Below are positions 7,703-17,912 of a stretch of 64,000 bases of DNA, piece after piece (the stretch's first letter is position 1; every line of letters starts with the position of its first letter). The notes under the pieces are model-generated. The model ran no database searches. It worked only from the letters and a program-made list of their open reading frames with translations, and had not been told where the DNA came from. This DNA is from an uncultured Alphaproteobacteria bacterium (GTDB lineage: Bacteria; Pseudomonadota; Alphaproteobacteria; RF32; CAG-239). The position numbers and the translations under genes were made by a program. The stretch spans positions 40,063 to 104,062 of the forward strand of contig CAJTLY010000001.1 in assembly GCA_910577095.1 (NCBI GenBank). Reading direction: 5' to 3'.

Positions 7703-10357
7703 ATGGATAAGGCTAACCAAAATAAGGAAACCGTGCCGGATCAGCCGGTTGAAATCGTTGACACGGCCGAGGCGCTGGAAAATTTGATTGTCCGGGTCAA
7801 ACGGGCGCAAAAAGAATTTGCAACCTTTTCGCAGGAACAGGTGAACGCCATTTTTCAAGCTGCTGCCGCCGCCGCCGACAAAGCGCGGATTCCGCTGGCC
7901 AAAATGGCGGTGGAAGATACCGGAATGGGCATTGTGGAAGACAAAATAATCAAAAACCATTTTGCTTCCGAATATATTTATAACAAATATAAAAACGAAA
8001 AAACCTGCGGCGTTATCAAGGCAGACCGCACCAACGGCATCAAAATCGTTGCCGAACCGCTGGGTGTGATTGCCGGGGTCGTGCCGACCACCAACCCGAC
8101 TTCTACCGCCGTTTTTAAGTCGCTGATCTGTTTAAAAACCCGCAATGCCATTATTTTTTCGCCTCATCCGCGCGCCAAAAAGTCCACCATTGCGGCAGCA
8201 CGTCTGATTCGTGACGCCGCTGTGGCGGCAGGGGCGCCGAAGGACATTATTGCCTGGATTGATGAACCGACGCTGGAACTTTCCAATCTCTTGATGACAC
8301 ATCCTTTGATTGATTCTATTTTGGCCACCGGCGGTCCGGGGATGGTCAAAGCGGCTTATTCCAGCGGCAAACCGGCGCTCGGCGTCGGCGCAGGCAACAC
8401 GCCGGCGGTGATTGACGAAACTGCCGATGTCGAAATGGCCGTTTCTTACATTCTGATGTCCAAAACTTTTGACAACGGCATGATTTGCGCCTCCGAACAG
8501 TCGGTGATTGCGGTAAAAGAAGTTTACGATCAGGTCAAAAAAGAGTTGGAATTTCGGGGAGCTTACATTCTCAATCAACAAGAAGCCGAACAGTTGTCAA
8601 AAATCATTCTTACCGAGAAAATGACGGTTAATGCCGATATTGTCGGACAAAGCGCCGCCACCATTGCCAAACTGGCCGGTTTTGAAGTGCCGCCGCATGC
8701 CAAGGTTCTGGTCAGCGAACAGACTTCGACCGATCGCGCCAACCCGTTTGCCCATGAAAAACTGTCCCCGATTTTGGCTTTGTATAAAGCGGACAATTTC
8801 GAACAGGCAACCGATATGGCGTTAGAACTGGTCAATTTGGGAGGTGTGGGACACACTTCGGTTTTGTATACCGACAGTCGTTCTCAGGAACGAATCAACT
8901 TTTTTGCCACTAAACTGCCGACCGGACGTTTGTTGATTAATTCGCCGTCGTCGCAAGGCGGTATCGGCGATTTGTTCAATTTTAAGCTTGAACCCTCGTT
9001 GACGCTGGGCTGTGGTTCGTGGGGCGGCAATTCCGTCAGCGAAAACGTCGGCGTCAAACATTTGCTTAATTATAAAACCGTTGCCGAAAGGAGAGAAAAT
9101 ATGTTGTGGTTCCGAGTTCCTCCGAAAATTTATTTCAAACGCGGCGCCGTCGATCAGGCTCTGCGCGAACTGGAAGGCAAAAAGCGCGCTTTTATCGTTA
9201 CCGACCGCTATCTGTTTGACTCCGGCATTGTCAACAATGTGACCCGGGTGCTGGAAGAAATGGATATCGACTATCAGATCTTCTTTGACGTCAAACCCGA
9301 TCCGACCTTGTCAACCATTGACGAAGCGCTGGCGATGGTCCGTCCTTATCAGCCGGACGTGTTTATTGCCCTTGGCGGCGGTTCGCCGATGGACGCGGCC
9401 AAAATCATTTGGCTGATGTACGAACATCCGGAAGTCAATTTCGAAGATATATCAATGCGTTTTATGGATATTCGCAAACGGATATGTTCTATTCCCGAGT
9501 TGGGTAAAAAAGCGCAGTTGGTCGCGATTCCGACCACTTCGGGCACCGGATCGGAAGTAACGCCGTTTGCGATCATCACCGATGATGAAACTCATGTCAA
9601 ATATGCGATTGCCGATTATGCCCTGACGCCGAACATGGCGATTATTGACGCCAACTTTGTCGACAACATGCCGAAAGGGCTGACGGCGGCATCGGGTTTT
9701 GATGCGTTGGTCCATGCGGTGGAAGCCTATGTTTCGGTCATGGCGACCAATTTCACCAACTCGGCGGCGTTGGAAGCAATTAAGCAGGTTTTCCGTTATT
9801 TGCCGCGTGCTTATCACAACGGTGCCGCCGATCCGGTGGCGCGAGAAAAAGTGCATCATGCGGCAACGATTGCCGGAATGGCCTTTGCCAACTCGTTTCT
9901 TGGCCTTTGCCACTCAATGGCACATAAGCTGGGCGGCGCTTTCAATATTCCGCACGGAATTGCCAACGCATTGCTGTTTAATCAGGTGATTCGTTACAAT
10001 GCCACCGACTGTCCGCGCAAACAGGCCGTTTTCCCGCAATATAAATTCCCCAACGCCAAACAGCGTTACGGACAGATTGCCGGCAACCTGAAACTGGGCG
10101 GTAAAAATGATGATGAAAAACTGGAGAATCTGTTGGCTGCGGTTTCCAAACTGAAAGAAGAAATCGAAATTCCGCACTCGATTAAGGAGTGGGGGATTAA
10201 GGAAGAAGATTTCTACGCCAAGTTGGACGATATGGTTGAAAAGGCCTTTGACGACCAGTGCACCGGCGCCAACCCGGTTTATCCGCTGATGGAAGATATC
10301 CGCCGGATTTATATTGACGCTTACAACGGCGTTGACTATCAGCCGGAAGAGAAATAA
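7703..10357 (+). CDS. adhE: bifunctional acetaldehyde-CoA/alcohol dehydrogenase
   Basis: About 884 aa with an N-terminal ALDH domain and a C-terminal Fe-ADH domain (GGGSPMDAAK). Start set at ATG 7703 behind a GGGAGA SD. Confidence 0.93.
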   Translation: MDKANQNKETVPDQPVEIVDTAEALENLIVRVKRAQKEFATFSQEQVNAIFQAAAAAADKARIPLAKMAVEDTGMGIVEDKIIKNHFASEYIYNKYKNEKTCGVIKADRTNGIKIVAEPLGVIAGVVPTTNPTSTAVFKSLICLKTRNAIIFSPHPRAKKSTIAAARLIRDAAVAAGAPKDIIAWIDEPTLELSNLLMTHPLIDSILATGGPGMVKAAYSSGKPALGVGAGNTPAVIDETADVEMAVSYILMSKTFDNGMICASEQSVIAVKEVYDQVKKELEFRGAYILNQQEAEQLSKIILTEKMTVNADIVGQSAATIAKLAGFEVPPHAKVLVSEQTSTDRANPFAHEKLSPILALYKADNFEQATDMALELVNLGGVGHTSVLYTDSRSQERINFFATKLPTGRLLINSPSSQGGIGDLFNFKLEPSLTLGCGSWGGNSVSENVGVKHLLNYKTVAERRENMLWFRVPPKIYFKRGAVDQALRELEGKKRAFIVTDRYLFDSGIVNNVTRVLEEMDIDYQIFFDVKPDPTLSTIDEALAMVRPYQPDVFIALGGGSPMDAAKIIWLMYEHPEVNFEDISMRFMDIRKRICSIPELGKKAQLVAIPTTSGTGSEVTPFAIITDDETHVKYAIADYALTPNMAIIDANFVDNMPKGLTAASGFDALVHAVEAYVSVMATNFTNSAALEAIKQVFRYLPRAYHNGAADPVAREKVHHAATIAGMAFANSFLGLCHSMAHKLGGAFNIPHGIANALLFNQVIRYNATDCPRKQAVFPQYKFPNAKQRYGQIAGNLKLGGKNDDEKLENLLAAVSKLKEEIEIPHSIKEWGIKEEDFYAKLDDMVEKAFDDQCTGANPVYPLMEDIRRIYIDAYNGVDYQPEEK

Positions 10358-10370
10358 GGCGTGATGACGG

Positions 10371-10400
10371 AAAAGCCCCGGATTTTTCCGGGGCTTTTTC
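10371..10400. terminator. bidirectional terminator between adhE and the NfeD gene
   Basis: AGCCCCGG-ATTTTT-CCGGGGCT hairpin flanked by A and T runs. Confidence 0.8.
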
Positions 10401-10431
10401 GGACCAAGGTCAAAATGAGGAAAACGGACAC

Positions 10432-10884
10432 TCAGTCGGTGCTCCGGTATTTGACGGCTTTGAGAATAACGCCGTTTTCAACTCCGGTTATTTTAACCCG
10501 ATCTCCTTTTTTCAAACCGTCTTCACATTCAACGATCCAAACCGTATCGTTGACAATAGCCTTAGAACGGCCGTCCGAAGCGTCTTCTGCCAGCAAATAG
10601 GTTTTGCCGATGTGCTGGCCGGCCATATCGTTAAGGTATTTGTACTTTTCGGCGCCGGTGCTGCGTTTGACGACTTTGGCATAAACAAACCAGCCGGCAA
10701 CGGCAAAGACAACGGAAAACGCACCGAAAATGACCGATTGCTCAATTGCGCCGAAGTCGTTGTAAATGGTGAGTATTCCGGTGGCAAATGCCGACAGTCC
10801 GAACCAAACCAGATAAACGCCGGGGACGAACACTTCCAGCAAGACCAACGCCAGTCCGAGTGAAAACCATTCCATATAGTTCAT
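10432..10884 (-). CDS. NfeD-family membrane protein
   Basis: 150 aa with an N-terminal TM bundle and a C-terminal OB-like soluble domain. Lies immediately downstream of an SPFH gene, the canonical NfeD-SPFH operon arrangement. Confidence 0.8.
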   Translation of the reverse strand: MNYMEWFSLGLALVLLEVFVPGVYLVWFGLSAFATGILTIYNDFGAIEQSVIFGAFSVVFAVAGWFVYAKVVKRSTGAEKYKYLNDMAGQHIGKTYLLAEDASDGRSKAIVNDTVWIVECEDGLKKGDRVKITGVENGVILKAVKYRSTD

Positions 10885-10896
10885 GGCTGTTCTCCT

Positions 10897-11823
10897 TTAC
10901 TTGCGATTGGCGGCGGTGTTCTTTTCCTGCAGCACTTCTTTGGCAATCTCCGCAATTCCGGCGATCGATCCCATCACGTTTGCCGTATCCATCGGCATCA
11001 TCAGCAATTTCTGATTGGGCGAGGTGACAATTCCCTGCAAGGCTTCGATATATTTTTGTCCCAGAAAATAGTTGAGCGATTGCGGACTTCCGCCGGCAAT
11101 GGCATCCGATACCATTTTGGCGGCGTTTGCTTCGGCGAGGGCGAGACGTTCGCGGGCTTCCGCTTCACGGAATGCCGCTTCTTTTTGGGCTTCGGCAGCC
11201 AGAATGACCGATTGTTTCTCACCTTCGGCTTTTAAAATTTCAGCCTGGCGAAATCCTTCGGCTTCGAGAATGTTGGCACGTTTGTCGCGCTCGGCTTTCA
11301 TTTGGCGCGCCATCGAATTGATCAGATCGGCGGGCGGGGTAATGTCTTTGATCTCTACCCGGGTTACCTTGACGCCCCACGGTATGGTCGCTTCGTCGAC
11401 TACCGCCAGCAGTTTGTGGTTAATGGCATCGCGCTGAGACAGCAGCTCGTCAATTTCCATGCTGCCGATGACGGTACGAATGTTGGTCATAATCAGATTT
11501 AAGATGGCAACGTTCAGATCTTTGACCTGATAAGCGGCATTGGCAGCCTGTTGGATCTGAAAGAACAAAACCCCGTCCACGCGGACAGTTGCATTGTCTT
11601 TGGTGATAACGTCTTGAGAAGGTACATCAAGAACTTGTTCCATCCGATTGATTTTTGCTCCGATTTTTTCGACAATCGGAATAATGATGTGCAGACCCGG
11701 GGAAAGGGTGCGGGTAAAACGGCCGAAACTTTCCACCGTATATTCATATCCTTGCCGGACAATGACCACCGAAGTCAACAACAGAAAGAAGACGACAACG
11801 GCGAGAAATAATGCAAACTCCAT
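10897..11823 (-). CDS. SPFH/band-7 (stomatin/prohibitin-like) protein
   Basis: 308 aa with an N-terminal TM, the core [29 protein letters not shown] and a coiled-coil AEAEGxxxA region typical of slipins. Confidence 0.9.
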   Translation of the reverse strand: MEFALFLAVVVFFLLLTSVVIVRQGYEYTVESFGRFTRTLSPGLHIIIPIVEKIGAKINRMEQVLDVPSQDVITKDNATVRVDGVLFFQIQQAANAAYQVKDLNVAILNLIMTNIRTVIGSMEIDELLSQRDAINHKLLAVVDEATIPWGVKVTRVEIKDITPPADLINSMARQMKAERDKRANILEAEGFRQAEILKAEGEKQSVILAAEAQKEAAFREAEARERLALAEANAAKMVSDAIAGGSPQSLNYFLGQKYIEALQGIVTSPNQKLLMMPMDTANVMGSIAGIAEIAKEVLQEKNTAANRK

Positions 11824-12246
11824 AATTTTCTCCTTGTTAGTTATTTAGATCTCGTTGTCAGAATAGCGGAAATCTCACTTTCATACAACCGGCACCGAAA
11901 GTTATATACAACAATCGTTAGGTTGCCGATTCTTTGATAAAGGCGATCCCGAGAGTGGAACAGAATCTTTTTTACGGTTTTCGATTTCAAAGCGATTAAT
12001 AATTTTGCCTCAATATGTTAATGCCCGATTGCCAAAATTTTTTTTGATTATTTTGTATTTCGTCAACTTACCGCTCTGCAAGATCCGGAGTTTTGTTCGT
12101 AATTTCGGGAGGTTGTTCGGCAGAGGAGAAAAAAACGCCGAATCGGTCATGTCGTTTGTCAATATTATGTCGGAAATTTGACGGAAAAGCGGGCGGTCCG
12201 TTGTGTAAAAGTTTTGTTAAAAGCTGCGCCCGGTGCAAGAATTATG

Positions 12247-12276
12247 TTGCCAAAACAACCGGTTTTATATTACAAT
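12247..12276 (+). promoter_or_regulatory. candidate promoter of the 499-aa orphan gene
   Basis: TTGCCA, 18-nt spacer, TACAAT, 27 nt upstream of the AGGGGGAG SD and ATG 12303. Confidence 0.35.
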
Positions 12277-12302
12277 TTAGCTAATAACAGGGGGAGAAGC
12301 AA

Positions 12303-13802
12303 ATGGACGTGGTGGCAGGAAAAGGAGGAAATTTCTTCGTTGTTAACGGTTCCGTCAGCAACACCATTCTCAATATGCTGTCTGAGATCTCGTATGAAGA
12401 GTTTGGCAAATACAACGCTTATTCGACAATGAAGAAGATTTCGCGCCAAAGCCCGGCGGAATACGCCGCCAAAAACGGGCTGCGTCAAAATATTGTTGAA
12501 AATTTTTCCCGCCTGGAAGAAGTGATCGATTATCACGCCACTCAGGATCTGATGTATTTTATTGAATCCGAAGACGGTCGGGAACGTTCGGACAGTTATG
12601 ACAACGATGTCGTTGTCAATCCCGCAAATTACAACAACGGCTTTTTGCATGCCGCCCCGCGGGAAGTTTCGGGACTGATTACCGATTCTTTTCAAATTCC
12701 GGAAGATTTGGTGCCGCGTTTGCTGAAAAGCGTCGGCATATCGATCAAAAGGGAAACCCTTTCGCATTTCGTAAAATGGAATAATATTACCTACAAAGTT
12801 GACATTACGCCCGCCCGTACTCAGAACTATGTCAGCATGTTTAACAACAAATCAATCATTGTGGTCGAAAATTGCTATGTTTTTCAATCCGATGATTGGA
12901 ATATTGTCAAAAAAATCGAACAGAAGTTCATTAAGGAAAAGGTACGTCGCAAAAAATCGTGGTTTTTGAAAGAAAAACCGGATGATGTCCTGCTGGAAGA
13001 TATTTTGCGCAAAATGTTCAAGGATAAGGCTCTGATTCGCTACACCGCCTTGTATCACGCTTATCGCGAGATTCGTAAAATCCGTCACGATTATGCCGGA
13101 ATTTTTATTCACGAGTTTCATCACTTGCGCAATAAAATTCTGGTTGAAAATCGCAGCCTGCATCCAAAGTCGCTGGCTTTGAATGGCGCGGATCTTTATA
13201 ATATTCAGGTGGAAGACGAGCGAAGCGCTTCTTTGGCGGTAACGATTTTCCGTTTGAGCCGCTACTGGAAAAACAAGGGTTGGAACGAGCTTTTGAGCAA
13301 AGAACCGTGCTTTGAAGTATTGAAAGACCGTCCGCAGGAAGTGCGCGAGAACTTGCTCAAAAATATGGAATTTGTGGTTAATCTGAAGCTTAAGCATTGG
13401 ACTGAAAACGAACTCGTACGCCATTATCCGAAATTTGTCGGCAATCTTCCGCTGATTGAAGCGCGCAATTCGATTGCCAAAGGCGAAGATGTCGAACGGC
13501 GCGAATACTTCCGCCAGCGTTCGCTGATGTACAGTTTTTATATTTATAATCCCGACAGCGGAAGGTTTGAACTGCGCAACCTGAGCCGTTATATCAAAAT
13601 TGATATTCCGGTTGACGGTTTTGTGCAGGAGAATATAATTGACAAAGCCCGTTACTATATTGATCGTAAAAAAGCCGCCAAACGCTTTTTGCTGGCCAAA
13701 GACGGCATCAGCGAAGCGCTGGTGAAAAAAGCGGCGGTCGTTTTCGACGCGCCGCGTCGTCTCGGAGCGCGCCGGCGGTTGAGCGAAGCGGACAAAAAAT
13801 AA
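12303..13802 (+). CDS. hypothetical 499-aa protein with HEFHH (HExxH) motif
   Basis: Strong SD AGGGGGAG. No signal peptide. IFIHEFHHLRN at about residue 280. Basic C-terminus. No family recognised. Confidence 0.75.
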   Translation: MDVVAGKGGNFFVVNGSVSNTILNMLSEISYEEFGKYNAYSTMKKISRQSPAEYAAKNGLRQNIVENFSRLEEVIDYHATQDLMYFIESEDGRERSDSYDNDVVVNPANYNNGFLHAAPREVSGLITDSFQIPEDLVPRLLKSVGISIKRETLSHFVKWNNITYKVDITPARTQNYVSMFNNKSIIVVENCYVFQSDDWNIVKKIEQKFIKEKVRRKKSWFLKEKPDDVLLEDILRKMFKDKALIRYTALYHAYREIRKIRHDYAGIFIHEFHHLRNKILVENRSLHPKSLALNGADLYNIQVEDERSASLAVTIFRLSRYWKNKGWNELLSKEPCFEVLKDRPQEVRENLLKNMEFVVNLKLKHWTENELVRHYPKFVGNLPLIEARNSIAKGEDVERREYFRQRSLMYSFYIYNPDSGRFELRNLSRYIKIDIPVDGFVQENIIDKARYYIDRKKAAKRFLLAKDGISEALVKKAAVVFDAPRRLGARRRLSEADKK

Positions 13803-13821
13803 AAACACAAAGGAGAAAAAC

Positions 13822-14055
13822 ATGAAAACGTTAATCTATCTGATCGGACTGGTTGCCGTTGGTTTGGCAATTGCATGGTTTGGTTTCGGCATCCATCCGA
13901 AAACCGTTTATTACAGAACGCTCAATATGTTTGCTTCAACCTCGGAAACAACCGCCGGTCATGCACAAGACGTTAAAAATACCGGCAGCCGTTTTGTCGA
14001 TGTAATCAAAAACAATTATAACGATCAGGATATGACCCGACCGATGGCTCATTAG
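13822..14055 (+). CDS. small membrane protein
   Basis: 77 aa, SD AAAGGAGAA, N-terminal TM LIYLIGLVAVGLAIAWFGFGI, followed by a terminator hairpin at 14077-14098. Confidence 0.55.
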   Translation: MKTLIYLIGLVAVGLAIAWFGFGIHPKTVYYRTLNMFASTSETTAGHAQDVKNTGSRFVDVIKNNYNDQDMTRPMAH

Positions 14056-14224
14056 AAAGCTTCTTCAACGTAAACAAGCACCGAAAGGTGCTGTTTTACG
14101 TTCTGACGGGAGCCGATCGCCGCAGATTGATCCAAAATCGTTGTCACGGCTTGACAACCGCTTAATTCAAAGTGTATAAGTAAACGGTTTAAACTTGATG
14201 AAAAACTTAAATGTGATTTGATAA

Positions 14225-14851
14225 ATGCCTGATTTTTATTTTGAAAATAAATATGATTGTGAAGTGGCGGGAATAGATGAAGCCGGGCGGGGACCGTGGG
14301 CCGGGCCTGTGGTTGCCGGTGCGGTGGTGATTAAAAATCGCTGTTTGTGCGACGAACTGTTAAACGGCTTGGACGATTCTAAAAAGCTTTCGGCCGCCAA
14401 AAGAGAAAAGCTTTACTTAAAACTTTTCGAGGAGCAGGCGGCAGGAAATCTTCAAATCGGTATCGGAGAAGCTTCGGTGCAGGAAATTGACGAGTTAAAC
14501 ATTTTGCAGGCGACTTTTTTAGCAATGCGCCGGGCGGTTGAAAAACTGCCTGTTTGTCCGTCTGCGGCGTTAATCGACGGCAACCGCACGCCGCCGGCTT
14601 TTCCTTGTGCATGCCAAACGGTTATCAAAGGCGATTCACTTTCGTTGTCAATTTCGGCAGCGTCGATTGTTGCAAAGGTATATCGGGACCGCCTGATGCG
14701 CGAGTTGGGGGAGCGATATCCCGGATACGGTTTCGAAAAAAACGCCGGTTACGGTACCGCTGCTCATATTGAAGGACTGAAAAAACAAGGCGTTACGCCG
14801 GAGCATCGACGCAGTTATAAACCGATAAAAGAATTTATGAAACAAAAGTGA
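14225..14851 (+). CDS. rnhB: ribonuclease HII
   Basis: VAGIDEAGRGPWAGPVVAGAVV catalytic motif; length 208 aa. Confidence 0.93.
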   Translation: MPDFYFENKYDCEVAGIDEAGRGPWAGPVVAGAVVIKNRCLCDELLNGLDDSKKLSAAKREKLYLKLFEEQAAGNLQIGIGEASVQEIDELNILQATFLAMRRAVEKLPVCPSAALIDGNRTPPAFPCACQTVIKGDSLSLSISAASIVAKVYRDRLMRELGERYPGYGFEKNAGYGTAAHIEGLKKQGVTPEHRRSYKPIKEFMKQK

Positions 14852-14921
14852 ATTTTAGGGTTGACTTTTTGTCTAAAATATGAGATAGTTATTTTTGTAA
14901 TAACTAATTATTTTAAAACTT

Positions 14922-15191
14922 ATGATGAATAAAGCAACCCGTAACGGAAATGGAAATTCCCGTCTCGCAGAACAGTTAGGAATAATCAGAGGCAAGAACG
15001 TCGATAAAAAAGCCGCTTACCTCAAAGGTCATGATCTCATGCCCGAGGTACTGCCCGAGCTCTTCAAGTGTACCAACCTGGAACTCGCCGTGCTCTACCT
15101 CCGCAAGTTCGAAACCGTTCCGCAGGAAGTCGCTGCCGCTGCCTGCAAGGCCGGCCGTAGTTCTCTCCTTCGAGGCTTAGCCGTTGCGTAG
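14922..15191 (+). CDS. small hypothetical protein with atypical codon usage
   Basis: 89-aa ORF in which 8 of 13 Leu codons are CTC, with many other C-ending codons, unlike its neighbours. Followed by two tandem terminators. Confidence 0.5.
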   Translation: MMNKATRNGNGNSRLAEQLGIIRGKNVDKKAAYLKGHDLMPEVLPELFKCTNLELAVLYLRKFETVPQEVAAAACKAGRSSLLRGLAVA

Positions 15192-15195
15192 CTTC

Positions 15196-15262
15196 ACTAA
15201 AAAGAACTGTTCTTTTTAGTTCTTTTATAAGCTGTTCGTTTCAAACGAGCAGCTTTTTTTTG
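15196..15262 (+). terminator. two tandem rho-independent terminators
   Basis: First hairpin: ACTAAAAAGA/TCTTTTTAGT plus TCTTTT. Second hairpin: AGCTGTTCGT/ACGAGCAGCT (one G-U pair) plus T8. Confidence 0.75.
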
Positions 15263-15503
15263 TTTAAAACTTTTGCGGACCGAAGCGTCAACGAAAAAAT
15301 TAAGCCGAAATTTTTGACAAATACGGTTTTTATAAACGTCAGAACCTGTTTTCAAAATTCTTAAAATGCCGGAAACCGTTGCTTTTGCGCCTAAAATGAA
15401 AAACTAGCCAAAAAATATTTTGGATCGGTTTTTGTTAATAATTTTATAACTTCTTTTTGTCATACTGCCTTCATTGTCAAATGACCATAATGAAGTGAAA
15501 TAA

Positions 15504-16598
<1,095 letters not shown>

Positions 16599-16619
16599 GC
16601 CGGATTTTATTTGTAAGTG

Positions 16620-16649
16620 CCGCTTCTGAAACCGAAGCGGTATTTTTTT
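16620..16649 (+). terminator. rho-independent terminator after ccrM
   Basis: CCGCTTC-TGAAACC-GAAGCGG followed by TATTTTTTT. Confidence 0.75.
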
Positions 16650-16829
16650 ATTTTTAAGAATTACGCCGTTTTTGCGTCCGGAGTTCAAAATGACCGTACT
16701 TTCCAAGTAGGTGTTTGTATGAAAATGAAATAAAAAATGCCGTTTTGTTAAAAAAACACTTGTTCTGAAAGCGAAAATCGTACACAATAAGCAAAATTTA
16801 AAATTGTGGTAGAATGATTGATATGAAGA

Positions 16830-17912
16830 ATGCAAAAATTTAAAAGATACAGTCGCGGCGGCAAAGAAGAAAATGTTGTTCGCAACTACGCCGCCATTGA
16901 TTTGGGCACCAATTCGTGCCGTTTGGTTATTGCTTCTCCGACACCGACATCTTTTCATATCATAGAAACTTTTTCCCGCATCACCCGTTTGGGGGAGGGA
17001 ATTATCAAAGAAAACGAGTTGGGCAGAGAAGCAACCCGGCGCACGATCAAGGCGTTGAAGATATGTTCGGAGATCATCAGCGAATATGCGCCGATTTTCC
17101 GGGCGCGTTTTGTGGCAACCGCTGCTTGTCGGCGGGCCAAAAACTGTAAGGATTTTTTGAGCGACGTCAAACGACAAACCGGCCTCAATCTGGAAATTAT
17201 TTCTTCGCAGGAAGAGTCCCGTCTGGCGGTTATCGGCTGTATGCCGCTTTTGAAACGCAATGTCAAACGGGCACTGGTTTTTGATATCGGCGGCGGTTCG
17301 ACCGAAATTTCGCTGGCACGGCTTGCCAACAGCGGCAAAGCCTTTATTGAAGGTTTCGTGTCGCTGCCATACGGCGTCGTTACGGTTTCGGAAGCTTTTC
17401 CCAACAAAGACATGACCAACTTGGCTTACAACACCATTATGGATCGTACGCACAAATTGCTGGAAAGTTTTGAAGAGCGTTACAAAATCGGCGAGGCGAT
17501 TGCCAACGGCGAAATTCAGGTTATCGGCACTTCGGGCACGGTGACGGTACTGGGTGCCATTCAGCTGAATCTTCAACATTATAACCGCTCGGCTGTCGAC
17601 GGCATCAGCATCACGGCGCAGGATATGAAACATGCGGTGTCAAAAATCCGTCGTATGGGCGATGACGGGCGCAAAAAACATCCCTGTATCGGCCCGCAAA
17701 AAGCGGATTTGACCATTGCCGGCTGTGCCATTATCGAAGCAATTTGTTCTTTTTGGCCGGTGAAAGACGTGACGGTCGCCGATCGCGGCATTCGCGAAGG
17801 AATATTGCTGGACATGATGCACAATCGCAAAAAAACGCGCCGCGGTTTTATGCGTCGCAATAAGAACAAAAGGATAATCAAAGATGAAAAAAACAGCTCT
17901 GGCAGCCATTGA
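16830..17912 (+). CDS. Ppx/GppA-family phosphatase, paralog 1
   Basis: YAAIDLGTNSCRLVIA and VFDIGGGSTE motifs of the ASKHA Ppx/GppA N-terminal domains. 360 aa with a basic tail. Confidence 0.85.
   Translation: MQKFKRYSRGGKEENVVRNYAAIDLGTNSCRLVIASPTPTSFHIIETFSRITRLGEGIIKENELGREATRRTIKALKICSEIISEYAPIFRARFVATAACRRAKNCKDFLSDVKRQTGLNLEIISSQEESRLAVIGCMPLLKRNVKRALVFDIGGGSTEISLARLANSGKAFIEGFVSLPYGVVTVSEAFPNKDMTNLAYNTIMDRTHKLLESFEERYKIGEAIANGEIQVIGTSGTVTVLGAIQLNLQHYNRSAVDGISITAQDMKHAVSKIRRMGDDGRKKHPCIGPQKADLTIAGCAIIEAICSFWPVKDVTVADRGIREGILLDMMHNRKKTRRGFMRRNKNKRIIKDEKNSSGSH

Noticed and set aside
12852-13823. 323-aa ORF on the minus strand
   Set aside because: It is antisense to the 499-aa HEFHH ORF, which has the SD and promoter. 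The translation is Phe/Ile/Asn-rich and low in complexity.
15130-15191. The C-terminal ...GLAVA* of the 89-aa ORF is reminiscent of tmRNA tag endings, raising the idea of an ssrA coding piece
   Set aside because: I could find no tRNA-like acceptor or T-arm nearby and no resume-codon context. The ORF is a normal ATG-initiated frame, far longer than a tag.
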